This document shows, one piece after another, positions 20,518-29,556 of a stretch of 64,000 nucleotides of DNA. This stretch comes from Chlorobiota bacterium (GTDB taxonomy: Bacteria > Bacteroidota > Ignavibacteria > Kapaibacteriales > UBA2268). The notes under the pieces were generated by a model. That model did not search any database, had not been told where the DNA came from, and saw only the letters and a program-made list of their open reading frames with translations. A program made the translations under genes and the position numbers. The first letter of the stretch is position 1. Every line of letters begins with the position of its first letter. The stretch covers positions 4,579 through 68,578 of the forward strand of contig JBFHIJ010000013.1 of the NCBI GenBank assembly GCA_041596515.1. The letters run 5' to 3'.

Positions 20518-21453
20518 CTATTGCCATTTTATTTTAGTATTGGGCAGCACTGATGACAGACCTTCGATACTTTGCTTATCAATATTATTTTTATTGATTC
20601 TAAGTTCTTTCAAATTCTTTAGTTCAGCTATATCTTCCGGAACAGATGAAAACTCATTAGAGCTTAAATCTAATTCAGTAAGTTTGATAAGTTTACTGAA
20701 GCCATGAGGGACAGCTTTCAAATCATTTTCAAAAAGAAGTAATTTTTCTAAGTTTTCAAGTTCTGTAATACTATCGGGTAATTCGGTTAGTAAATTAGAA
20801 CAAACTCTAATTTTCTGCAATTTTTTCATATCGCCAATATTAGAAGGTAAAGCAGAAATATTGTTTTGATTTGCTTCTAATTTTTCCAAATTTGTAAGCT
20901 TTGTTACAGATGCTGATATTTCAGATAAGTTATTACCATGTGCGCGAAGCTTGACAAGATTCTCTAAATTTCCAATTTCATCCGGGAGTGCAGAAATATT
21001 ATTTTCGCTCAAAACTAATTCGTTTAATTTAGATAAGTTGCCAATTTCAGTAGGGAGAGTTTCAATTTGATTGTTGTTTAGACCAAGTCGTTGTAGATTT
21101 TTTAAATTCCCAATAGATTCGGGAAGAGCAGTAAGCTGATTCCAGCTAAGCACGAGTACTTTTAAGTTTTCTAAGTTGCCGATACCGGCAGGCAATTCTT
21201 TGATTTTATTGCCACTAAGTTCCAATTTTTCTAAATTTTTTAATCTGTAAATATCATCTGGGATTGAAGTGAGTCGGTTATTCCATAATACTAATTCGGT
21301 TAGATTCTCTAATTCTAAAATCTCTCTTGGGAACTCTTCGAGGTCTTTGAAGTGAAGATCTAGCTTAGTCACTATTTCTTTATTTTGCAAAGCCTCTTCT
21401 ACAGAGTAGCAGGTCATTATTGACTTTCCCGGGGTTGTTGCACCATCCATCAT
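20518..21453 (-). CDS. Leucine-rich repeat protein (about 12 x 23-aa repeats, no signal peptide)
   Basis: Repeated LxxLxLxxNxLxxLPxxIGNL units. AGGAG SD upstream. Confidence 0.93.
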   Translation of the reverse strand: MMDGATTPGKSIMTCYSVEEALQNKEIVTKLDLHFKDLEEFPREILELENLTELVLWNNRLTSIPDDIYRLKNLEKLELSGNKIKELPAGIGNLENLKVLVLSWNQLTALPESIGNLKNLQRLGLNNNQIETLPTEIGNLSKLNELVLSENNISALPDEIGNLENLVKLRAHGNNLSEISASVTKLTNLEKLEANQNNISALPSNIGDMKKLQKIRVCSNLLTELPDSITELENLEKLLLFENDLKAVPHGFSKLIKLTELDLSSNEFSSVPEDIAELKNLKELRINKNNIDKQSIEGLSSVLPNTKIKWQ

Positions 21454-21658
21454 AACGTACTCCTATTTTGACGTGGTAAAAGAATTTTAATCCTTGCTAT
21501 AAGATAGCATACATTTGAATAAATAGCAAAGAAAAAAAGTCAAGTGTGATAATTATTTTTACGTTTATATTTAGTTGAGGTTTCGTCGTTTTATTTATTG
21601 TTTTAGTAGCAGTATTTTTTTAACTTGATAAATCTAACAATTATAGGGACAAGAGCTT

Positions 21659-23623
21659 ATGTTACAGATATTTCGGTTATTTGCGATTGCCTATATTCTT
21701 TTTTCTTTTTCAAATATTAAAGCTGAGGAAATACCTAATCCTTTAAAGCCTCTTAACATTTCTTACGATGTATTACATTACGACGCGGACTTAATTTTTC
21801 TGAAGGATATTAGTCTACGCTCTTACGGTGTCAACCGGATTAAAGTGTATAGAACTGATAAATCTGAAAATAATAAGTTTTATTTTCATTTAAGGGATTT
21901 GGAGATAGATTCTGTATTCTGTAATGATAAGGAAGTAAGTGTAGAAACACATGGTGAGTATAATGATGCTGATTATGTGCACTATTTTACTTTCCCGGAT
22001 GCTATAGATACAACATTAGTAACTGTTTATTTTCATGGCACTATGGCTGCTGAGCCGGGTTACGCTTGGGGTGGAGTGCATCAGCAAGATATGACTCTTT
22101 ATAACCTCGGAGTTGGGTTTTATAATTTATGGGTTTCATGTGGAGCTCATTGGATTCCTTGCTTAGATCATCCGGGTGATAAAGCTACCACCGACATCAA
22201 ATATCATGTTAACACAGGCTATAAAGTGGCTTCTAACGGTATGCTCACTGTGCATAATCTGGATAACGGGACAGATATCTATCAATGGGTGAGTAATCAT
22301 CCTATAGCTACATATATGATGAATTTTGCAATGTCGAAATTTGCAGTGGGAGAGATTAATACATGGAAGAAGCCCATTGTTTATTATAGCTTAGAAAGCC
22401 TATCTAATAGAGCTGACTACGCCTTTGCTAAGTTGCCGATTGTTTTAGATGCTTTTGAAAATTATTGGGGTGAGTATCCTTTCGAAAAAGTAGGCTATGT
22501 GTGCACTCCAAAAGGAGCAATGGAGCACCAGACTATGATTTCTTTACCTAACTCAATTATTGCACAAATTAAGTCAAACAATGACTCTTTAAACTCAACT
22601 ATTGCTCACGAGCTATCACACCAATGGTTCGGTGGTTTAGTAACTCCTGAAGATTTCAGAGATGCATGGCTAAACGAGTCTTTTGCTACTTTTTCGGAAG
22701 CATTGTATAAAGAGTATATATTTGGTAAAAACGAATATTCAAAAGTCCTCAGAGCAAAAAGAACTGATTATTTTAATAATATAACACAATCAGAAGGTGT
22801 GCTTTCAATATACAATTTTGATAGAGAACCACCATCCTCTAACTACCCTCAGACAATTTATCAAAAAGGTGCTCTGGTTGTAGCAATGCTAAGAGAATAT
22901 CTTGGAGACGAGATTTTCTTCAAATCTATACAAAACTATTTAGAGAACAATGCTTATTCTAATGTTAATACTGAAAAGCTAAAAGCTGAAATAAAAAATC
23001 TGACTACAAAAAATATTGATAATTTCTTTGCTGAATGGATAGATGGCAAAGGTTGGCCGGAATTTGACATAAAAGTCTATGCTGCCAGAAATAATCAGGG
23101 AGTTTATGACCAGTCTAATAGCTACATCTCTTTCAAACAGGTGCAGGCGAAGTCTTTTGGTGGTTATACATATGTGCCCGTGCCGGTTACATATTTTGAT
23201 GAAATAGGCAACCAAATAGATACAGTTTATATTGTCGAAAGTATTGATCAGAAATTTCAACTTCCGAATATGCCCGGTTTAGATTCTATTGCGATAGATA
23301 ACGGTACAATAGTTCCATTAATGAAAATCAACTCTTTAGAGCTGGACGGTATTACTTCCATAGAAGAGCTACCGGACTCGCAAGTTGAAATATTTCCAAA
23401 TCCTGCGACAGAGGTGTTAAATGTAAATATTACCAACCTAAACGGCAGAGCAGAAATATCAATTAATGATTTGCAAGGCAGAGCAATGCTATCGCAAGAA
23501 GTGCAACTTAATGGTAACTCATTTATAAAATTTGATGTAAACAATATTCCGTCAGGCACGTATATCCTTGAGATTATAAATGCTGCGGAAACAATGTATA
23601 AAACGATACAGATAATAAGATAG
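21659..23623 (+). CDS. M1 family aminopeptidase with T9SS C-terminal domain
   Basis: Signal peptide, GAMEH, HELSH..WLNES, IYQKG and IFPNPA..GTYIL CTD motifs. Confidence 0.92.
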   Translation: MLQIFRLFAIAYILFSFSNIKAEEIPNPLKPLNISYDVLHYDADLIFLKDISLRSYGVNRIKVYRTDKSENNKFYFHLRDLEIDSVFCNDKEVSVETHGEYNDADYVHYFTFPDAIDTTLVTVYFHGTMAAEPGYAWGGVHQQDMTLYNLGVGFYNLWVSCGAHWIPCLDHPGDKATTDIKYHVNTGYKVASNGMLTVHNLDNGTDIYQWVSNHPIATYMMNFAMSKFAVGEINTWKKPIVYYSLESLSNRADYAFAKLPIVLDAFENYWGEYPFEKVGYVCTPKGAMEHQTMISLPNSIIAQIKSNNDSLNSTIAHELSHQWFGGLVTPEDFRDAWLNESFATFSEALYKEYIFGKNEYSKVLRAKRTDYFNNITQSEGVLSIYNFDREPPSSNYPQTIYQKGALVVAMLREYLGDEIFFKSIQNYLENNAYSNVNTEKLKAEIKNLTTKNIDNFFAEWIDGKGWPEFDIKVYAARNNQGVYDQSNSYISFKQVQAKSFGGYTYVPVPVTYFDEIGNQIDTVYIVESIDQKFQLPNMPGLDSIAIDNGTIVPLMKINSLELDGITSIEELPDSQVEIFPNPATEVLNVNITNLNGRAEISINDLQGRAMLSQEVQLNGNSFIKFDVNNIPSGTYILEIINAAETMYKTIQIIR

Positions 23624-23633
23624 AAGGTGAGAA

Positions 23634-24356
23634 ATGAACGTATTACCGGTAGAGGTACTTAAAGAGAATTGGAAAGTAGTAACAGAAAAAGCTCAAGAGG
23701 CTTGCGTTAAGTCCGGTAGAAACTTTGAAGATGTAAAGATATTAGCAGTTTCCAAAACTTATCCTGTAGAAATGGTCTACAACGCGATGGATGCCGGAAT
23801 GACGGTATTTGGAGAAAACTATGCTCAAGAAGTCAGAGATAAACTCGGAGCGTTCGACGAGGTCTCTAAATCTCATCCGGAATGGCATTTTATTGGTCAT
23901 TTACAGAGAAATAAAGTAAAATATTTATTTCCCCATGTCCACATGATTCATACTGTAGATTCTGTACGCTTAGCAGAAGAAATATCAAAGCAGGCAGAAA
24001 AGACAGATAAATCTCTGAAAATTCTACTTCAGGTAAATACCTCAGGTGAAGATTCAAAAAGCGGTGTGGAGCCGGATGCTATAGTCGACTTGGCAGGTGA
24101 AATAGGAGAAATAGAAAATCTACAAATTGGCGGTCTTATGACTATCGGTACTTTCTCTTCTGAAGAGAGGCTTATCCGAGGAGAGTTTGGCTTGCTTAGG
24201 AAGTCATTGGAAAGAGTAAATAGAGAATTAGGACTATCTTTAAAGCATCTTTCAATGGGTATGACTCACGACTTCGATATTGCAATCAATGAAGGTGCTA
24301 CTATGGTTAGAGTAGGCACTGCTATTTTTGGTCAACGTTATTATCCTAATAGGTAA
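23634..24356 (+). CDS. yggS: PLP homeostasis protein YggS
   Basis: LAVSKT, FGENYAQE, WHFIGHLQRNKVK, LSMGMT and VRVGTAIFG motifs. Confidence 0.95.
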   Translation: MNVLPVEVLKENWKVVTEKAQEACVKSGRNFEDVKILAVSKTYPVEMVYNAMDAGMTVFGENYAQEVRDKLGAFDEVSKSHPEWHFIGHLQRNKVKYLFPHVHMIHTVDSVRLAEEISKQAEKTDKSLKILLQVNTSGEDSKSGVEPDAIVDLAGEIGEIENLQIGGLMTIGTFSSEERLIRGEFGLLRKSLERVNRELGLSLKHLSMGMTHDFDIAINEGATMVRVGTAIFGQRYYPNR

Positions 24357-24361
24357 AAAAT

Positions 24362-25195
24362 ATGTCAACTAATAATATTAATATGATGTCTGAAATACAA
24401 GAATCCATACAGTACATTCGCAATATCACCGAGCAAGTGCCGGAGATTGCAATAATTATGGGTACAGGTCTCGGACAGTTAAAAAAAGCAATAGAAGTAG
24501 AAACAGAAATAGATTATACAGAAATTCCTAATTTCCCTGAATCCACTGTAGAAAGTCACGCCGGGAAGTTGATATTTGGCACAGTAGAAGGTAAAAAAGT
24601 AGTGGCGATGCAAGGTAGGTTCCACTACTACGAAGGATATAGCATGCAGCAGATTACATTTCCTGTTAGAGTCATGAAGTACCTGGGTGCCAATAAAATT
24701 ATTATCTCTAATGCTTGTGGCTGCTTAAATCCTCAATGGGAAAAAGGCAGAATCATGCTGATAGAAGATCATATTAACTTACTGGGAGATAATCCACTTA
24801 TCGGAGTAAATGATGAAAGATTTGGCCATCGATTCGTAGATATGTGTGAACCTTATTCCAAACGACTTATTGCTATTACAGAAAGAGTGGCTTTAGAACA
24901 GTCTATACCGCTATACAAAGGAGTCTATGCAGCAATGTCAGGACCGTCGCTTGAAACCAGAGCTGAATATCGTTTCTTGCGTACTGTTGGTGCTGATGTA
25001 ATAGGTATGAGCACTATACCTGAAGATATAGTAGCTGTGCAGATGGGAATGGAAGTGCTTGGGCTTTCAGTGCTTACAGACGAATGTTTCCCTGACTCAC
25101 TTAAGCCGGTAAATATAGAAGAAATACTAAGCTGTGCCGCACTGGCAGAACCTGATTTAGTAAAACTTACGAAATCGGTTATCAAAGAAATGTAA
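24362..25195 (+). CDS. Purine-nucleoside phosphorylase (trimeric type)
   Basis: MQGRFHYYEGY, GPSLETRAE and GMSTIPE motifs. Confidence 0.93.
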   Translation: MSTNNINMMSEIQESIQYIRNITEQVPEIAIIMGTGLGQLKKAIEVETEIDYTEIPNFPESTVESHAGKLIFGTVEGKKVVAMQGRFHYYEGYSMQQITFPVRVMKYLGANKIIISNACGCLNPQWEKGRIMLIEDHINLLGDNPLIGVNDERFGHRFVDMCEPYSKRLIAITERVALEQSIPLYKGVYAAMSGPSLETRAEYRFLRTVGADVIGMSTIPEDIVAVQMGMEVLGLSVLTDECFPDSLKPVNIEEILSCAALAEPDLVKLTKSVIKEM

Positions 25196-25201
25196 ATGTA
25201 C

Positions 25202-25235
25202 AAAAAGAGGCAATGCATTATAGTGTTGCCTCTTT
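25202..25235. terminator. Bidirectional terminator
   Basis: AAAGAGGCAATGC/GTGTTGCCTCTTT stem between convergent genes. Confidence 0.7.
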
Positions 25236-25244
25236 CGGTTGTTC

Positions 25245-27455
25245 CTATTCTATATTTATCATAAGTTGAAGATAAATAGCCCTACCCGGTTGTGGGAGTT
25301 GTGAATTCATCCAACCGCTACTACCATACCAATTGTCGTTAGCATCAAAATATCCCGGGATTATCCCTGCATTGGCATCTCTAATTCCAGGATGATAATA
25401 TGTTTTATCAAATATATTATTTACTTTGATACCAAATGATATATTCTCAAATACATTTCGCAGTATTAAGTTTGCATCCATAGTAAAATATGGAGGTGTT
25501 TCAGGTACGGGATTACTTTGGTAGTTATCTTTTTTACTAATATATCTTGATCTAAGATTTAGATTGATAGACTTATAACCAATATTTGTACCAAAATATA
25601 ATTTATAAGGAGCAATATCACCTATTTGCTGTTCCCCAATCATATTGGCATCATTATCAAATCGGTCCTCTTTAGTATCTATCAAAGAAATGTAAGACCA
25701 AAACTTGAACTTAACATCTTTCGATAATGTACTCTGCATAGAGAAATGCACATCAACCCCATATACCTCTCTTTTAGAAATATTTATAGGAATGCCGTTG
25801 ATATTATTAATTGCGTTATGTACTATATTGTAATAGGGATTAAACATGATATAAAATATTTTATCAGAATAGAATAGCACAGATTCCAAATTATGTGACT
25901 CTTCCGGTTCGAGGCCTGAATTGACTGAGCTGCCGGCCCATTCTCCGTATAATTGTCTTGGAGCAGGCTCTTGTATAGCATTACCGTACATTAGTTTGAA
26001 GCCATAGTTTTTATAGTTTAAAATATATGCGAATCTGTAAGTTAAGTATGATTCGAATTCAGTAGTATAATCATATCTCAAACCTGCAGAGATATAATGG
26101 TTAAAGTCTGATTTAATCAAATTAGAAAAATCATATTTTGATTGGATATAAGCACCTGAGTATTCCCATAGCATCGAATTCTCAGTTTTTCTTGTATTGT
26201 CAGGAGGGTGAGGATAGGAATAATTTTGGCTGTTATCTGGAGCAACAGTTTCGCCCCATGCCATGTCATAAGCCTTTTGTAGTTGCTGTGCTTCGTAGTT
26301 AAATCCTATTTTTATATTTACATCATCAAAATAATTAAGATCAAAATCTTGATAAATAGACCAGCTGTTATTTGTTAACTGCCAGTATCCAAATTTTATG
26401 AGACGTTGTTCGCCAAAATCAGAAACCTGCTCAAGACTTGAACTTGAGTTAGGCAAATTAGATTGCCTGAACCTGATATAAGTATTGGATACAATGTTAG
26501 GGTTTATATCATTTTTACTATCTAAAAACAGAAAGTAATCGTCTTCTATCCAGTTACAGCCGGGAGGAGCTTTATCATAAGCATAATTGACACCATACTT
26601 ATTATCGACTCTGTAATATTGGACTCCAAACTCGGTATTATCCAATATAGTAGAAAAAGTAAATCCTTTATTTTCTCTGAAAGAGCTATACTCGCCAGGA
26701 AAAAATCCTGAATCTACAAAATCTCCCCATAATTTTTTATCTTTTACATACTTTGACTTAGTATATTCATATTTTTCAAGTTTATTTTTATCCAAATCTC
26801 CGTAGTTTAGGAAAGCACTAATTCGGAAAGACAAATCATTGATTTTATGAAACACTGTTAAATCACTTACTTTCGAAACAAAACTTCCATAGGAAAACTT
26901 TGCATCGACACTTGTTCCGTTCTTTTCTTTGTCTTTTTTAGTTATTATATTAAATACACCCATCAGAGCATTAGCACCATATACAGAGGATACCGGACCA
27001 TATACAATTTCTATATGATCTACCATCGATATTGGAATAGAAACTAGTATATCAGTCCAATGATAATAGAGGTGATTGATATTTTTGCCATCCAGCATAA
27101 GTAAAAATGGCGACGACAGGCCTTGCCTATAGCCACGCCAATAAGATTTATAGTACAAGTCCCCCCATGTCTGAGAAAAATCTATACCCGGCAAATCATT
27201 AAAAATCTCCACCAAATCATTATAACCTCTCTGTAATAATTCTGACCTTTCTATATAAATAATATTTCCGGGGGCATTTTTTTTAGTTTCCTGGAAATTT
27301 GAAACAGTTATTACTTTCACATTCATAAGCTCTTCAATACTCATTGAACTTATTTCTTGAGATAAGCCACTATCCACAGATTGTCCTGCATTTAAAGGAC
27401 AAATAAGAAAGGTAATAAAAACTATTACAATATATATTGAGGCTCTTCTATACAT
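25245..27455 (-). CDS. TonB-dependent receptor
   Basis: Signal peptide, plug motif IEIVYGPVSSVYGANALMGVFNIITK and C-terminal NNIFDKTY..PGR. Confidence 0.92.
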   Translation of the reverse strand: MYRRASIYIVIVFITFLICPLNAGQSVDSGLSQEISSMSIEELMNVKVITVSNFQETKKNAPGNIIYIERSELLQRGYNDLVEIFNDLPGIDFSQTWGDLYYKSYWRGYRQGLSSPFLLMLDGKNINHLYYHWTDILVSIPISMVDHIEIVYGPVSSVYGANALMGVFNIITKKDKEKNGTSVDAKFSYGSFVSKVSDLTVFHKINDLSFRISAFLNYGDLDKNKLEKYEYTKSKYVKDKKLWGDFVDSGFFPGEYSSFRENKGFTFSTILDNTEFGVQYYRVDNKYGVNYAYDKAPPGCNWIEDDYFLFLDSKNDINPNIVSNTYIRFRQSNLPNSSSSLEQVSDFGEQRLIKFGYWQLTNNSWSIYQDFDLNYFDDVNIKIGFNYEAQQLQKAYDMAWGETVAPDNSQNYSYPHPPDNTRKTENSMLWEYSGAYIQSKYDFSNLIKSDFNHYISAGLRYDYTTEFESYLTYRFAYILNYKNYGFKLMYGNAIQEPAPRQLYGEWAGSSVNSGLEPEESHNLESVLFYSDKIFYIMFNPYYNIVHNAINNINGIPINISKREVYGVDVHFSMQSTLSKDVKFKFWSYISLIDTKEDRFDNDANMIGEQQIGDIAPYKLYFGTNIGYKSINLNLRSRYISKKDNYQSNPVPETPPYFTMDANLILRNVFENISFGIKVNNIFDKTYYHPGIRDANAGIIPGYFDANDNWYGSSGWMNSQLPQPGRAIYLQLMINIE

Positions 27456-27519
27456 TTTATATCGCTAAAATAAATAAATCCATTTTATTAAGAAACGAAC
27501 TTCAAAAATATAAGTGTAT

Positions 27520-27564
27520 AAAAAAAAGCAGATGTTACTCCTTCTAATAAAGAGCAACATCTGC
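27520..27564 (-). terminator. Terminator ending the moxR-batA operon
   Basis: GCAGATGTTACTC/GAGCAACATCTGC stem with a U-tract on the minus strand. Confidence 0.7.
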
Positions 27565-27589
27565 AAATAATTTTAGCATTTTAATTATA

Positions 27590-28588
27590 TTATGGAATTT
27601 TCCGGAAAATCATGAAGTTTAATAATAACTCCATTAGAAGAAGTATACCGGCACCTATCGCAAACGGCATATACTCTTCGGCAAACTGCTCAAAAGAAGT
27701 TTCGTCTATTTTTGTCTTTTCTAACTTGTCTATTTCCTTATAGACGGCTTCCAAGCTCTTGTTGTCTGTTGCTCTAAAGTATTTTCCGCCTGTTCTTTCT
27801 GCAATATCTTTTAAAAGATCTTCATCTATTTTTACTTCCTGCTGCTGATAAATTTTGCCATGCAAAGGATGCTGTACTGGAACCGGTGCAGTGCCGTTTG
27901 TACCTACACCTACGGTATAGCATCGAATTTTAAATTTTTCAGCTATTTCGGCGGCAGTTTCAGGGGTAACAATTCCGGTATTATTTACGCCATCAGTGAG
28001 AAGAATGGCTACTTTGCTTTTGGCTTTGCTGTCTTTTAGCCTGCTTACTGCAGTAGCAAGCCCCATACCAATAGCAGTTCCACCCTTAAGTTTACCGGTT
28101 TCCAATTTAGAAATGATATTTTTTAGAACATCATGGTCTATAGTAAGTGGGCATTGAGTAAAGCTTTCGCCTGCAAATACAACTACTCCAAGTCTGTCAT
28201 TTGGTCTGTCATCTATAAAGCCAATGGCTGTTTTCTTAGAAGCTTCAAGCCTATTAGGTTTGAAATCCTCAGCCAGCATAGAGCCTGAAACATCCAAAGA
28301 CAAGACGATGTCGATACCTTCGGTAACTACGTCTTTTTTAACAGTGCTGGAGCGGGGCTCTGCAAGGATAGTAATAAGGAGAGCCAGTGCCAACATTCTA
28401 AAAAGAATAGGTAGCCACATAAGTTTGACTTTCCATGATTTTGCAGCAATTGTAAAATCCTTGCTATTGGATACTTTAATGTTAGAAGTCATTCTGTTTC
28501 TTCTTACATAGCTCCAAATCAGAAGTAATGGAATTACAAGTAGCAACCAGAACATATCCGGGTTTGTAAATTTAAAGTCTGCAAACAT
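27590..28588 (-). CDS. batA: BatA-type VWA domain protein
   Basis: N-terminal TM, DVSGSM MIDAS, TAIGMGLATAV and LLTDGVNN motifs, in a moxR operon. Confidence 0.88.
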   Translation of the reverse strand: MFADFKFTNPDMFWLLLVIPLLLIWSYVRRNRMTSNIKVSNSKDFTIAAKSWKVKLMWLPILFRMLALALLITILAEPRSSTVKKDVVTEGIDIVLSLDVSGSMLAEDFKPNRLEASKKTAIGFIDDRPNDRLGVVVFAGESFTQCPLTIDHDVLKNIISKLETGKLKGGTAIGMGLATAVSRLKDSKAKSKVAILLTDGVNNTGIVTPETAAEIAEKFKIRCYTVGVGTNGTAPVPVQHPLHGKIYQQQEVKIDEDLLKDIAERTGGKYFRATDNKSLEAVYKEIDKLEKTKIDETSFEQFAEEYMPFAIGAGILLLMELLLNFMIFRKIP

Positions 28589-28589
28589 A

Positions 28590-29543
28590 CTATTTTACCT
28601 CCTCATGATTAGAAGGTACTGAAAGTACTCTATGAGTTTTTTCTACAAACTGAATTGCCGAAGTTAAGCAAAATCCATGCTCATCCGGCAAAGGTTTATA
28701 TTTAGCAAACTTAGTCATATCCGATATATCTAATTGCTTTCTCAGATTGCTTAGGAGCTCATCGCTAATATCATTGCTCTTAGTGAAATGTTCCAATATT
28801 TCACTGGAAGTCATTTCTATAGCATCAATAGCAAACCGGGAAGCAATATAGGTCCTTAGAATTTCCGAAAGCCTTATATGATATAGCTTTTCCTGTCCAT
28901 TTTGCCATAATTTTTCTTCATCCAGTCTTTTTAGCGATTCCATCGCCAATATATGAGCCGGTATCTTAGGTTTGATAGGTTCTTTAGTTTCTGCGTTAGG
29001 TTTGGAAGCAAAATATTTCTTCCATACGTAATATCCGGCACCTAAAAGCAACAGCGCTAACGCAATATAGAGAAGAATCATCCAGTCAAACTGCTTAGGT
29101 GGCACTAAAGGAGGTTTAATATCTTTAATGTCTTTTGTAGTATCAATGGTGACACTTGCAAATTCCAGAGACAGCTCTTTGGTTTTAGCAGCAAACAAGT
29201 CTTCGCTGCCTTCATTTTGATAAGAAAAAGTAAACTGTGGCACTTGATAGCTGCCACTATCGAAAGAAGTTAGAGTGTATTGGCGATTTACGGCAAATCT
29301 GCCTTCTTTTTGCACTGTGTCAGGAGAGATAGACTTCACTATCTCTAAACTGCCAACACTGTCTTTAATTTCAGGCCAGAATACTGTTTGGTTTTTGTCA
29401 TATTCCGCACTAAGTTTTAATTCAATTTGTTTACCGATTAGTGTTTTGTTCGTATCGATTTTTGCCTTAAATACAGGTTCAGCCGCAAAAGCGACCGAAC
29501 CTATAAATATAGCAAAACTAATAAAGCCTAGTATCCTTTTCAT
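28590..29543 (-). CDS. Conserved Bat-operon membrane protein (BatD-like N-terminus)
   Basis: LTSFDSGSY, DIKDIKPP followed by a TM segment, and KFAKY. Typical gene between DUF58 and batA. Confidence 0.78.
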   Translation of the reverse strand: MKRILGFISFAIFIGSVAFAAEPVFKAKIDTNKTLIGKQIELKLSAEYDKNQTVFWPEIKDSVGSLEIVKSISPDTVQKEGRFAVNRQYTLTSFDSGSYQVPQFTFSYQNEGSEDLFAAKTKELSLEFASVTIDTTKDIKDIKPPLVPPKQFDWMILLYIALALLLLGAGYYVWKKYFASKPNAETKEPIKPKIPAHILAMESLKRLDEEKLWQNGQEKLYHIRLSEILRTYIASRFAIDAIEMTSSEILEHFTKSNDISDELLSNLRKQLDISDMTKFAKYKPLPDEHGFCLTSAIQFVEKTHRVLSVPSNHEEVK

Positions 29544-29556
29544 AAATCTGTAGATT

